NCBI GenBank assembly: GCA_009103225.1
Contig: RHPI01000797.1
Span: 1,064,457 to 1,128,456 of the forward strand
Origin: Chlorokybus atmophyticus
Taxonomy: Eukaryota > Plantae > Mesostigma and Chlorokybus algae
DNA: 64,000 nucleotides
Direction of reading: 5' to 3'
Part shown: in pieces, positions 24,603 through 40,353 of the stretch
Position numbering within the stretch: the stretch's first letter is position 1
How the letters are laid out: every line of letters starts with the position of its first letter
Translations under genes and position numbers: made by a program
The notes under the pieces: model-generated
The model's database searches: none
The model's input: only the letters and a program-made list of their open reading frames with translations
Told to the model about the DNA's origin: nothing

Positions 24603-26352
24603 CGGCCAACAATGTATACATGCATATGCGTATATGTATTCATCATGCAATCGTCATAAACCTCACCAAGTACTTGAAGCTAACATTGCTTGCACGAGTT
24701 ACACATCAATATCATGCATAAGCGATTATATTTTACGATAACTTTCATCTGCTTGCAATTGAAGTTAAGGGATCGAGAAGTCCATTTTTACCATGTGATG
24801 CTGCGCATAAGCTTGAGCACAATGTGTGTTGTACAAAAATTGCAACGCTGTCAAGATGTGCTCGTACTGCAATGAACCATTGTTCAGGCGTTCGGACCGC
24901 AACACGTACAACGCTTCATTTGATGCTCATCTATGTTTTTATACTTGTAAATGATACTGTAACAGTTATATCACATACAATCATTTAAATAACAGTAAAC
25001 ATGAGGTTATTGCATCAGCCACAATGAAGGTTGGTTGAGTATTGGTTTCACTGATGGTGAAAATCGTAATCATCACGCGTGTCTTGTATGCTACATAATG
25101 TATCAATCATGCATTACTGTATGGCCTCATCTCCTCTTGCAATTTGTAACTTAGAATCTGTTAGTCATAAAACCCTAATCCTAATTGGGATTAAGGTTAG
25201 GGTTGGCTTAGGTTTTGACATACGCTTTGCTCTCGCTTACGCTGCGTTGCAATCTAAGGGTCTTGCATGTATGCAATAACAACCCACTTATCTATGCTCA
25301 TGTTTGCGTGCGAATTGCTGCTTGCATACTTGCATCCAACAATGAAGTTTGCTTTGCGCAGCTTCTGACAAACTGAAAATTGACACATACAGTCTGTTAT
25401 GGCTTGCGTCGAACAACCTTAACAGATTAAAACACTTACTTATGAGGGTTTATTGAAGTGTTAATATACAAAGCCATATAGCTCTATTGCAATGGATTAA
25501 CACCACTTTATCATTCATGCATTAACAAATCCAAAAGTGTCGCGTACAACAACGGTATTTTAGTTCGCATACGGTGTTCCGTAACGCACCACCTATGATG
25601 TTTGCTAACCACAATAATTGCTATTGCTGTACTAACCACACTGCTGCCATTCTCATAGCCGGTTGTAGTGAATTTCACAGTCGAAGGCATTTCAAACCCT
25701 ACAAGTCCGAAGGCGCCCCATTGAGTACCGTACTGCCAGGAACTATCCGACACTTTTTTTGTGACACACCATATAGGTTGAAGTTTGATGATTCCTCGCG
25801 GACTTATAGACTGCAATGGTAACGCACCATAATCAACGTGGCATTGATGGACTGCATAAAGTGACCCAGCGAGCGGGGGGGTTTTCTTTTCGACACCCAC
25901 CCTGCGTTTCCTATTTGATACACTGGCGGATAGTACGTGGCAGTACGGTCGTTGCCCACAAGGCAGTTTGCTCAGTGTCCTTTGCGTTCAGGTGCGCGGG
26001 GGTGTGGCTGTGGTTGTAGGTGGCGGGCTGCACAAGCGGCAATCTCGCTCGTTTATCATGATACACTTGCATTTGTTTCGTAGGGGCTTGGGCGAGCCCG
26101 TTATTGCTATTATATAATTGCAGTTGATTATGTTGACCTTGTAACTGTGAGCTTGAGCTGACTTACCTACACTGACTTACACCAACTTACGCACGGCACG
26201 TCACATAACCTATAAACTTAATGCTTGCTGTTGTGGTGTTATACATTCAACATAAAACACTATCCTACCTTATATAATACACAAAACAAAACCATTTGTC
26301 ACTTCGCTTGAAGGTTATGTTAGGATATAGACTACATCATGTGAAACACACA

Positions 26353-28454
26353 CTAAAGTAAGCTTGAGCGCCTACAACTGAGGATACCCGCCACCTCATC
26401 ATGCAAGATATCATAATCCAAACCTTGATAGCGCTTGGTCAACTCCTCCACGCAGCCTCTATAGAACAGAGGGGGCCACTCGACAAAAGCATCCGATGTC
26501 CATCCTGAAAAGTCAAGCAACCATAAACGCAAATGCAGATCACATCACATGGTTCTGGACAGGGGACGCGCCACACACACCTGTGCAGACGTACACCCTG
26601 TGCTATGCTGTGATGTGTTGTGCGAACGCTACTGTGACTGATCATACATTTGAGTGTGAGTTGATTTAGTGTCAGCATTACATGTGCTCGCGAGCATAGC
26701 ATGCGGTGCACACAGAGCTAGTCTCTATATTGTATCCACACCACCTTGTAAATTGAGGTATTGCCTTCGCTCACCTGAAATAATGAGCGTGGTGACAGCC
26801 TGTTGGGCAGTCCAATTGAGCAGCGCGGTGACAAACCGATCTTGAAATGTGCTGGTGAAGACCTGCAGACTATGCACACAATGACCGCTGTTATTGCAAT
26901 GAAGCATGCACACATGTTTTACTGCATAAGTCACGTCAACACCACACAGAGACGTGGCAGGCAGTGCACCTTTCAAGCCGTGGAAGCGCATTGAGGGCAA
27001 CAACAAGGGGTCGCGAGCAGTCATATGCAGCGCGTGGTGGAAGTGATGAAGGGATGACAGTGCTGGTTGCATCAGCAGATGCTTCACCGCTTGAAGCAGA
27101 CTCCGCAGTACTGGCAGCCCACACCAGCTGCCGCAACTGAATAGCTCCGACCAAGCTGTGTAACTCAGGTGTTTCTGGCTCGTGGATGACGTAGTCAGCT
27201 GAAAGCAAATCCAAGACGCCAGTTGATGGCGCACAAGACGAAGTTTGCTTCACACCTGCGTCAATTGAGAGCTGAGTGCAATACGAGCGTGATGAGGAGT
27301 AGATGTGCAAGCAGTCCACAACATTGCCGTCACACAATAGCAAACATGGTGCTTATAATGCTTGCCTGTGCCAGTGAGGCAAGCGCAGTTCTCCACTACA
27401 AGCGTCTTCAACGTTGGCAAGCACGCCAATCTTTGCAAGAAGGAGTCTGTGACATTGGGGCAATGCCTCAACACCAACTCAGTGATTGTGGCCACCTTGT
27501 ACAGCGCTTGTCCCAACTCATCGTCATGGAGGTCAAGCTTGGTGAGAGTCACAGCACACAACCTGCGTGCACCATGTGCACGTGTAGAACAGATCAGCAG
27601 GAGCACGAGTATGCAATGACTTGCGACAATACCAACCACACATACTGACCAGAAATACGGCGAGCTGACAGGACCATGCTTTGAGAAGGCCGGGAGTTCA
27701 GCAACATCTACATCATGGTGTCCCTTGTTGTCGCACGCAAGGGCTGACCACTTCAGCAACTTCGCATGCACATGGACCCCTATTTTTGGGAGGCGCCCAT
27801 GCCAACTGAGCAGCGAACGTGTCAAGTACATGAGCAGTCTCGCAGCACACTACGCATTCATGCATAGGGTACGGTTGAACGCTTGACATGCTTAGCTTAA
27901 TTACCACACGGGATGTTGGCCCCTCAGAACGCACTCATCAGCAAAACTGCACAGCTTGCCGCTGGAAGTGAATGCCGTTGTCTGCGCAGAAGCAGAAATG
28001 GTGTGTTGCCTTGTGTGGAGGCAGAGATGTGTATGAGTGTGTTTTCCCATTGCTACTTGTTCAAGCCATGTCATGGCTAACCAACTTATACAACAGCTGG
28101 CGCTACTACTCAACCAACACTCCTACCTCGATTTGAGCTTTCAGGAAGCACACAAGTGCGTCTCTGGAAGACTCCGCCGCAGCCTCTGCTAGCAGCTTGT
28201 GGAAGCGTTTGCACACGAGAGGAAGCACAGCGTGCCGCTCTTGCACCGGAAGCCAGCTGCAGCGCAACCATGCACGTGCACAGTGAGCCAGACCAGCTCT
28301 GGCAGGGGACCGTCCCATGCATACACACATGTCACTGGCGTCGGAGCTTGCTTGCTGCTCACCTTGCCACAGCTTCTAGACAGCTGTCGGGCAGCTGGTC
28401 AAGCCGCCACCGCCGAGAGGACGCGGCCAGGCGCTGCCGCACCCGCTTCTGCAT
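26353..28454 (-). CDS. F-box protein with RNI-like leucine-rich repeats; internal exon boundaries only partly resolved
   Basis: ATG at 28454. LDQLPDSCLEAVAS|WLPVQERHAVLPLVCKRFHKLL (F-box), then LTKLDLHDDEL..ITELVLRHCPNVTDSFLQRLACLPTLKTLVVENCACLTG (LRR). Last exon GWTSDAF..RRSSLL* ends at 26353. Confidence 0.75.
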
Positions 28455-30312
28455 GCCGTCGTGTAAGCCGCTAGCACACCGCAGGCAGCTGTAGCTGTAG
28501 GCAAAGCTGTGGGGTAAAAGCTACGTGCGTCCGGCTTGCATGTCCTCTAGGTGATAATTTGGTCATACGCTCTGGGAGCTTGTAGCATCGGCGTCGCTTG
28601 TCACCTTGGCGTTCATACAGCTCTGCAGCCGGAGGCTACGCTATCTCGTGAATGCTCCTGTCAGATAAGATAACACAGACTGGATGGAACACTTGCACGG
28701 GGGAGTTGTTGTGCAGCAATGCTACACCAGTCCATAGAGCAAGCACTTGCAACTCATGCCTTTGGCACCCTTCATTCACAGCAAGCCAAAGACATGGTAA
28801 TCACTCAGCAGCGAACCCATCCACTGAAAAGTTCTGCGTGCGCCACGGCGAGCATGGTGTGGCACATCGCGCATGTGTACACAACTCTCATATTGGCAGG
28901 TTCGCAGGGAACTGCCTGGTCGCATTACACCCATCACAAACCTTGCCACTAGGCATGTCACACTGTCACGGTAAGACACAACGTGCTTGTTCGGCGGACT
29001 TGCTGCTTGCAGCGGTTGGCGAGCTTGCTGGGAGCAATAATGGCCTCAACAGTGTATGGGTTGCACAACTGGCGATGAGCTTACCAGCATCGCACAAGCA
29101 GATATGGCTGGGCTGTTGTATTTTAGCAGATGCTAGACTTAGTTTTGAACTAGCTGAACTGATTGTACGGCATGCAACAGCTCTGTATAGCGGTATCAGT
29201 ATGATACGCACATTGTTGTGCGCGTGTGATACACATCATTTTACTACCAGTGCCGCAGCGCACCACTTAAGCTGGTCCTGCAATCCGAATTGAAGTCAGA
29301 AAGCAACACAAAACTTGCCGCTTCTCAACCTGAACAACACCAACCTGTCACACTTGCTCTTGATGCTCGGCGATGCGACCTCTGCTTGCCAAGGCATGCA
29401 GATGTGTTACCTGTAAAGTGCAAGTTGCGCCAACTCCAAAGCAAAGTCTTCTCAGCCACAAAGATTCAGCACAGTTAGCTACCTTGGGCTTAGCATGGAG
29501 CACTTGACAGCAGTCGCTTGTTGGCTTGCCTGCATGCAACACGTTTGCTCTTACAAGTGCTGCATAGGCCAGGTGAGCAACGAAGCACAAAACTCTGGCT
29601 GTACCCGGGTGCACAAGTGTAACCTGGGTTGGCACTCATTAACAACATATAGCACTGTCTGGCGACACAACCACAGCTGCAGGTGACCTGTGATTATACA
29701 GAACGCATGCCATGCCAGGCTGTAGCAACGTTCTTACCCGCATCAGCCTGCACCACGCCGAGGTCCAGGCATGCTGCATTACTGGAGTCACCAACCAACC
29801 GGCTTTTTTTATTGGCAAGTGACAGCTGGAGAGGGGAGCCTGCAGAATGATGACAAGGGTGAGATCCTAGCAACTGGCAAGCAGGCAGTCAGCAAGCAAC
29901 CATTCATGCACCTGTGACAACAGAAGCAGCGATGCGAGTCCAGCACAGCCGCCACGCATAGGCACCAGCACTCTAGGGGTCCAGGTTTTTGCCTGCGACA
30001 GCAGGATGCACCTGCTGTCAACATACTGGACAATCACCATCTGGTCACGGCCACCCATGCACGCACATCTCTGCAAGCTCAACGCCAACTTACCGCACTG
30101 TACAACATGGTCACGCCAATCAGCCATGTGAGCCCTCCATGCCAGCCCTTTGTCAACGAGAGCTGCAGTTGGCAGTCTCACAGGGTCGAAGATAGCAACT
30201 ACCAACGCCTGCACTAGATAGCTGTCATGTAGATACAATATGCCTATGATACATGCACGCATATAAAGCCTGCATCATGGGACTCACCGATGGTTGGAAC
30301 ACACGAGCGCCT

Positions 30313-30996
30313 TCACTTGCTGCATTTCAAGACAAGTCCTTGTTGCTTCTTCCAATCTGCATGCCACTGTTGGTACCGAGGCCACCGTGTGTTCCACTCC
30401 ACATTGCCAATAGCAACAATCCTTGGCGCTCCCATATGCAACTTGAAGTGCTGCCAAAATGGTAAGCGCTCCAACGCATCACCTGCGCACAGCAACTTGC
30501 CCCAAGCCGTGGCAGGCCAGCTTTGCCGTTCATCGGGGCATGTATAATGTATGATGAAGGCCAGCTTTCGGCTCAGCAAACTGATGTTCAGTTTCAATAC
30601 TCCCAAATGCGCAAGCACCGTCTTCTGCACCATATGCAGCGGCAAAGCAGCTTCCTCATGCATCAAGTCATACAACAGCTTGAACCTATGCTCCAACTCT
30701 GCCGACGGATAGAAGAACATGGTAGGGAAAGACATCAGCGAACTGAGCAACGTGGAGTCGGATGCATTGAGCAGCCTTCCCAGAGTCCTCAGGACATCTT
30801 GCAAGTCTGCAGCTGGGTGATTGAGGATTCGCGGGAGGCGCAGCGCGAGCTTGGCAAGCTGTGGTTCAGTCAGGCCAAGCCACTCAAGAATCACGTGTAT
30901 GTTCGCAGCCAGTACATCAGCAGGCCACGCCTTGAGGATGCCCGGTGCTTTGGCTAAAATGCAAGCGAAGTCAAAATCTGGAAACTCCTTTTGCAG
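30313..30996 (-). CDS. mTERF-like repeat protein, internal exon; 5' and 3' ends unresolved
   Basis: After a CAG acceptor: LQKEFPDFDFACILAKAPGILKAW..LEWLGLTEPQLAKLALRLPRILNHPAADLQDVLRTL..LLSSLMSFPTMFFYPSAELEHRFKLL, with repeated helix-P-x-(I/M)-(L/F) units typical of mTERF motifs. Confidence 0.55.
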   Translation of the reverse strand: MQKEFPDFDFACILAKAPGILKAWPADVLAANIHVILEWLGLTEPQLAKLALRLPRILNHPAADLQDVLRTLGRLLNASDSTLLSSLMSFPTMFFYPSAELEHRFKLLYDLMHEEAALPLHMVQKTVLAHLGVLKLNISLLSRKLAFIIHYTCPDERQSWPATAWGKLLCAGDALERLPFWQHFKLHMGAPRIVAIGNVEWNTRWPRYQQWHADWKKQQGLVLKCSK

Positions 30997-31600
30997 CTGC
31001 CAGACAAGTCACAAGCACCTCAGGGTTCCATCTTAATGTGACACAGGCCAATGGACACTGCTGTGACCAGCATTACAGCACACTACATTACATTTATCTA
31101 TTACCGATGTGCAGGCCGTAAAACTGCAAGCACAGATGTTCCGTGTCTGGAAGTCTACATGCGTGACACGACAGACATTTTGCATTGTGCGGATAGTTGC
31201 ATTTTTGCAGTCACGCGCATGCATGCGATCATCTTCGCCAAAGCCCTCACCTTCACTGCAACCAAATACCTAGCGAAGGCTGATCCCAGACACAATGCTA
31301 CAGCAACAAAGTACCAAGGAGCGCAACTGCATACAACCATGCTTGCTCATAATCGTAAACCATCATACGCATGCTGACCACAGCAAGTGCACCCACCATG
31401 GTTATGCTGTCTTCTAAGGGCGCCGTCTCCATCAATGCTACGCTGGTGGGCATGCTTGACTAGGCCTGACGGTTGTTGCGAGCGGCTTTCGGTTGTTAGT
31501 CAGACGTGCAATTCTTGCGCGTCCTAAGCGTCCAAGCCCAATGCCAATAAAAAGGCAACTTTCCTCCAGTGGTATGCAGCGACCTGTGCCGCCGGTACAG

Positions 31601-31627
31601 CCACCACCACCACCACCACCACCACCA

Positions 31628-31656
<29 letters not shown>
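31601..31656. repeat. Compound (CCA)n(CCG)n microsatellite
   Basis: Directly visible. Confidence 0.95.
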
Positions 31657-31658
<2 letters not shown>

Positions 31659-33396
31659 CTGCCTGAGCAGCGCGACCACTAGGAAAAAGGTTGGCCTCGA
31701 CGCTGCTGGCTGCAGCAGGTCCCTTGAGACTTGCAGGAAATTCTCAATTTTGGAAGAGCCCAGTCAGCGTGCACGTTGCACGGTCAATGCCATCTCAATG
31801 CACAGCACATCTCAACATCAAAGCTATGATGATGGCCATTGTCAATGTTTGGGCAGCACACTAATGTGTGTAGTGGGCAGCACCCACTACACACATTGAT
31901 ACCTAAGGTTTTATGGATGTGTGTAGTTCAAAGGCTTTCTGTATTCAACAACTCAGCACAAGCGAGCGCGCGCGTGCGCGCGAGTGAGCGTGTATGTGTA
32001 TACAAGGGGTATGGTACTGTGTGCCTGCGTGTGCGCGTGTGGGCATGCGTGTGCGTGTGGGCGTTGTCTATGCTGGCTCTGTTGTTTTCATCTGGCACGT
32101 ATGCCATTCGCATTTTTTATACAATCATCATTATACCGTGTACCAAGGGTATGCTTACACCTTGCATACATGCATGCGGTGTAAGCTGGAGACATGCTTG
32201 CTGAACTAACTAATGACTAGCGTGCTCTCTAACATGTCTACGAGCTGTCCACTGTGCCTGACCTACGGAACTGCCAATGGAGCCCTATGGTGTATTGCCT
32301 GCAGTCATTCACAACACACAGCAGGCGCGGGGCTTACAAGTGTTGCAAGAACCTATACAACCTCGCGCCTCGCCGCCAGAACAGCAGCAGCGTTGGCATT
32401 GCACACTACAAGCATCACCGCCCTTCACCCCTCGCCCTTCGCCTTGCCTTGCTGCTGCTGTCCATTGCTGTGCACCTACCGACCTAACCTCCAGCCCTGT
32501 GCGCACAGGTTTGCTTGTCTTGACACCTGCGCTTGCTCCCCTCTCCCCTCCCCTGCCTTGTTGCTCCTCACCCCGCCCTTCCGTTCGCCTCACGCACATA
32601 GTTAGTGCACTTAGCTAAGCTTGCCTTGCGCCCATGTGAATGAGTGTTCTGGCCCTTGTGACTGTGAGCTGTGCGGTGTGCTTGTATGCTCTGTCTCTGT
32701 TTGGAAAGCCTATACATGTCGGTTGCAGCGACCAGTTTGTACAGTGTGAAGACGTACTCGCCGAAAGCTGTGCACAACATAGTGTACACATGAAGTATGC
32801 TGCATAGTGTGTGACCAGTATTGTACCTTAGCTGTCTTGCTTCCAACCCCATCAGCCTTGGATGCTAACTTCCTTTTGCAGCATGCAATGCCATGCCAGC
32901 AAATTTGTGCACACCCCACAATCCCAGTGTTAGCGTCAGGCACTACATGTCAGGCTAGGAATTGCACACCAAGAGGGCAGCTATGCCATAGGTGGTCGCT
33001 GTGTAACGTGATCTATTCAGCTGTGTCCACACGACTTACACATGCATATGAAGTACGGGGATGCATGTGCGTGCGCAGTTGACATAAACCTAGGTACATG
33101 GACAGGCAGGAGCACTCAGTGTAGACGCTACAGTATACGGATACCATGCTAATGACAATGACAAGTGCTGGTAGCTATTGAATACGTCAGCGAGGTATAA
33201 AGCTAGATACTACAACGACAACGACAACCACATGACAAACCACTATCAGCAAGACTGATAGCGACAGAGTGCACTCCGCATTGTCACAGCTGTATCATGT
33301 TGCTACCATATTGGCTATGTTGTATCCACACAGCACGACCGGCATTCCGAACGTGCGGCAGGCAACGCTTGACACCGAACTTTCATCACCCGACAC

Positions 33397-35523
<2,127 letters not shown>

Positions 35524-36240
35524 CTTCAAGCCACTTGTCCCGCACCCACCCCTCCGCTTACAGAATCCTGCACAATAGCACTACCTCAATGCGGCAAAAT
35601 ACAAACATAGACATTGCCGTCAGTGGCTTAGCACATACACATAGCAACAGTTTAAGCAGCCAGCACCTGTGAACAACACGGCCCCACCGTACCACCACCG
35701 CCGCCGCCGTTACCCCTGCCGCCGTGACTGCCACGGCAGCAGTGTCTCAACAAACAACTTGTATTGATCCCATCTTGACCGTCATTGAGTGACGCTTTGA
35801 ATAGTAACGAGTAACGAGTTACAGCCGTAGCCAGTGTGCTCAACAGGCAGCAAACGGCTGTTCGGGGCCTGTGACAGGCCGGGCCGCCTGTCCCAACATG
35901 CACAGCACTAACGGCAAGCGCTGCCAGTAATTAAGCAGCCTTCTTATCGTTATCAGCAGGCACACAATTACTGCCTGTGACTCGCAGGCAAATCCCAGTC
36001 AGCGCCATCTATACTGCCACGCACAGCCGGGCATTGTCTTTGACAGGCAGTTTGCTAGGTGACGCGCAATGCGGAAGTTTGTGCCTATCTCTAGGTCGAG
36101 ACTATCGCGGCACGGATCCAGTTCGAGGGCGGCTCGATGCGATACGGTTTGACGGATCCGGACTGGCGTGCTATTGAGCCGCCTGTGGCGGCGGCGGCAG
36201 CGGCGGCGGCGAAGGAGGAGGAGGAGGAGGAGGAGGCGTC

Positions 36241-39200
36241 ATGGACGACATTGAGGACATGGTGACTGCTGGAGCTTCTCCTCAGGGATTGCACCTCCCC
36301 CCGCCTCAGGTCTTTTACAAACCTCAGGTGGCGCAAGCAGAGGGCGTCTCAGTGGGCATTGTACCTGGCACCGAGGTAGGCGGCGGGAGTCCGTAGCTGG
36401 TTAAACGCTTGCATACTGGTTTGCTAAAATTTCTGTTGAATGTGCCATTGATTCCGTTCACCTACATAGCTATTACCGCGAGTGTGCCTTGCAGACCATC
36501 TACTTGAGGACGTTCGGGTGTTCTCACAACCGGGTAAGTCAATAAACACTACTTGTTGAGTGAAAGCTGAGTGTAATGTGCAATGTCAGTGCTTGAACTG
36601 ACGCAGTCCGGTACATTACAGAGCGATAGCGAATACATGGCCGGCTTGCTTCAAAGTTACGGTTACAGACTGACCGAAGAGCCGAGCGAGGCACACCTGT
36701 GGCTGATCAACTCGTGAGTACAAGTGCATGGCACTCTATTTTCAACGACAGTTTACGCGTGACGCATGCTGTGCACTTCTTGCATGCACAACACGCATAA
36801 TGCATGCAAGCACCCTCTTAGTCACGGATGTAGTAACATGCTTCTTCAATCGGTGTACCTAATGTCGTCTTGGTCGCAGCTATTTCACTTGCATCTTTTT
36901 GGCAGTTGTACAGTAAAGAACCCAAGTGAACAAGCTGTTGGCACCCTCGTACAACGGGGAAGAGACAGCGGAAAGAAAGTTGTTGTTGCAGGATGTGTGC
37001 CTCAGGGCGACCCAAAGAACAGAATGCTGCAGGTTCCAATCCTCATGCATTGCTGTTTCGGCAAGCAATCGGACGCTGTGTTCAGGGCGTTGTCTAACAA
37101 CATCATTTGTTGCAGGGCTTGAGTCTTCTTGGTGTAAAGCAGATTGGCCGGATTGTAGAGGTTGTTGAGGAGACCTTGAAGGGCAACTCAGTGCAGTTAC
37201 TGAGTAAGACGGGTCCCTTGCCAGATTTGGACTTACCCAAGGTGCTGTACTTTAGCTGTGTATATGGCATCACTACTAACACGCAAGCTTACATGCCTCA
37301 CATCATGTCTGTTTAGGTGCGGCGCAATGAATTTGTTGAGGTGATTCCCTTGAGCACAGGCTGTTTGGGCGCCTGCACTTATTGCAAGACAAAACATGCC
37401 AGGGGCGAACTTGGCAGCTATCCATTGGAGTCATTGGTAAGTTGGTGTCAATGTGTAAGTCAGTTGGCTTGGCTGAAAGCAACGACATTGCACACTTGCC
37501 CAACCACTAGACTTTCAACTACACCCTGACATCAGGTCTATTGCTGTCACTCAATCAGGTTGAACGAGCGCGAAGTGTTGTTCAAGAGGGTGTGAGAGAA
37601 ATCTGGCTCAGCAGCGAGGACACTGGTGCTTACGGTATCCAGTTATAGCTCACATCGCCGGCTGCTCCCTTGCAGTATAAACAAGCTTGTAACCCGCTTG
37701 GTGCGTTGTTTCAGGAAGGGACATTGGCACGAACCTGCCAGTTTTACTCCGAGGCATTGTGAGTGTCCTGCCCCGCGACAACAGTGTCATGCTCAGAGTT
37801 GGCATGACAAATCCGCCATTTATACTGGAGCACTTGGACGCTATGGCAGAGATCCTGAGGCATCCTTCTGTGTATGCATTTCTTCACGTGCCTGTGCAGT
37901 CTGGAAGTGATGCTGTACTACTGGTCAGTACAGTGACACGCTGTTTCGCAAGAACACTAGCTACTCATGTAGTATATCTGCACTCCGATGAAGTTGAGTT
38001 GTGGGGTTAGTCAATCGTTTCTTGATGCATTGTCCTAGAGGTGTCATTTGGGTCATCAGCAGGGATGGTTGTTCTTGCATGTAGCTGATGTGCATGACTT
38101 GCAGGGCATGAATCGCGAGTACACTTCCGCAGAGTTCAGATGTGTTGCAGACACTCTTCTTGCGCAAGTACCTGGTTTGCAGCTAGCAACGGATATCATA
38201 TGCGGGTTTCCAGGTCAGCAGAATTGCTCTTGGTTTACATGCACGCATCCTGGCCGTCCAGTCAACAGCATCATACTTATCACCGATGTCTGCAGGTGAA
38301 ACTGCATCAGATCATGAGCATACTATGTCCCTTGTCCGACAGTACCGCTTTCCTCATTTGCACATCTCGCAATTCTACCCACGACCTGGTTAGTTTAGTC
38401 CACTCAGCCAATGTGTAAAGGCCTGTGCTGCCAGCCCGTACATATTAAGCGCCTTGCGTGCTCATGCTACAACTACAGCAAACCTTCGCATGTGCGTAAC
38501 TCAGGTACACCTGCTGCGCGCATGAAACGAGTGCCCACAGCTGAGGTCAAGAGCAGAACTCGGGAGCTCACTGCGCTGTTTGAATCATTTGCGCCGTATC
38601 AGGGCTTGGAAGGCCGCACGGAAAGGGTGTGGGTCACGGAAGTTGCTAGTGATGGGACTAGCCTGGTAAGCCGAATCATGAGAATATATCTCTACAATTC
38701 CAGCCAGCAAACTGTCCTCGTGTACACACTGACATCACACTTTTGGACTCAACGCAATGGAGTCTTTATTTGAGGCCAGTTACTGATTGACTTGGTTTCA
38801 GGTGGGGCATACCAAGAACTACACACAAGTGCTGCTATCACCCACAGAGGGTCTACTGGGTAGAAGTGCCCTTGTTCGAATAACCTCTGTCTCCAGATGG
38901 AGTGTAAAGGCAGACATTGTGAGCGTGTTTCCCGACTGTGATGCTGCAGAGTTGTATGGACCGCAGCAGTGGCGGTTTGCAGAACAAGGAGCAGACGACA
39001 GAGCCAACAGTGGCACTGGCACTGGCACATCGTGTGCCTCAGATTGCACTTGCGATCAGGCAAGGGCAAAGCACAGTTGCACGTGTGCTACCATATTTGG
39101 CGAAGACGCGTCACTGGAGAATGGTGTTGGAGTCGGCAGGTTAGGGGCTTTGCTGGGTATAGCTACAAAGCATAAACCAATGGTGCTTGTAGATTGGCTG

Positions 39201-39287
39201 CTGTTAAGTGGCATGTTGGCGGGGGTTGGGGGCGTGGTATGTGCAGGTGTATTGACCTGCTACACAGCTTGGAGTTTAGGTACTTAA
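36241..39287 (+). CDS. CDKAL1: Threonylcarbamoyladenosine tRNA methylthiotransferase (radical SAM, TRAM domain, C-terminal membrane anchor)
   Basis: [59 protein letters not shown] (CxxxCxxC), [54 protein letters not shown] and a hydrophobic tail. Confidence 0.96.
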
Positions 39288-40007
39288 CAATAAGACAGCA
39301 GTCGTTTGCCAAGCTCATGCACGCCTTGAGGTCATGTGTCACAACTTCCTGTGCCTGTAGATATTCCGATGCAGCTGAGTATTTTGGAATCAGCGTACTT
39401 GATGCCTTCATGTAAACATCTAGTTAACTGCCTCCTCATGCGTCAATCGATGCTACACGTGCAAGCACACATGGCAGCACCCTTGCAAGCCCAAACGCAC
39501 ACCCACCCACCCATCCAGAGCTTCATTTACTAGAGGGCCTGGCTATGGGCCGAATGCAAGTAGCTTAGTGCAACCGAGGGAAAGACCAACGACGGCGATG
39601 ATGACAACATACAGCCGCAGCAAGGACCAATCGATTGTACCTTTCAGGAGGGTGTGTATAACTGTTGAAGTTGATTAACTTCGAGTCTAGGAGCACACGC
39701 ACTCTGTCAGCTTGATGGATGCATTGGGCGCACGTGCAATTCACACATAGCCATCACTATTACAACGCATGAAACAATGCAAAGAGGACGTGCTGTAAAG
39801 ATGGGTGACACTCAGCCATGTCTGAGACAGGTGTGGCAATCAGCGACCAAAGAGGCTAGCTACGCTCCATATTTGCCATTGACGGCATACTCAACTCGCC
39901 GTAGTTGCTTCCTAAGGTTGAAAACTGTACTACGGTAGCGCTCATAACAACAACTTTTCTCAACCCACGCATATGTACGAACCCGTCGCCGCCACAATTA
40001 GCGATGC

Positions 40008-40353
40008 CCACATTTTGCGGTTGCTAACCGGTGGCGCTCTGCCACAGATGGGCCGCAATGCGAGTTGTGGTGAACTCTAGAGGTGCCTACTGCAGCCTAT
40101 TTCGTTGTTTTATTGTGCGTTGTTGTTGGGATTGCAAACATTCAGCTAATGGGGGCCCGGGCCAGCTCTTTGCACCACACTTCGCGGTTGCTAATTGGTG
40201 GCACATTGTGCGACAGGTGGGCCGCAATGCAAGCTGTGGTAAAGTCTACTAGTGCCTGCTGCTGCTGCCTACGTAGAATACTTTCTTCTTTCATTGTGCA
40301 TTGTTGCTGGGATTGCAAACATCAGCTAATGGGACCCCGGGCCAGCTGTTTGC
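40008..40353. repeat. Degenerate tandem duplication, two units of about 170-180 bp
   Basis: Units 40008-40173 and 40175-40353 share gcggttgctaa, tgggccgcaatgc, gggattgcaaaca, tcagctaatggg and ccgggccagct. Confidence 0.9.

Noticed and set aside
37636-37715. CDKAL1 intron starting GTATCCAG as a possible U12 GT-AG intron
   Set aside because: Lacks the T at +7 and a convincing CCTTAAC branch point; treated as a major-class intron.
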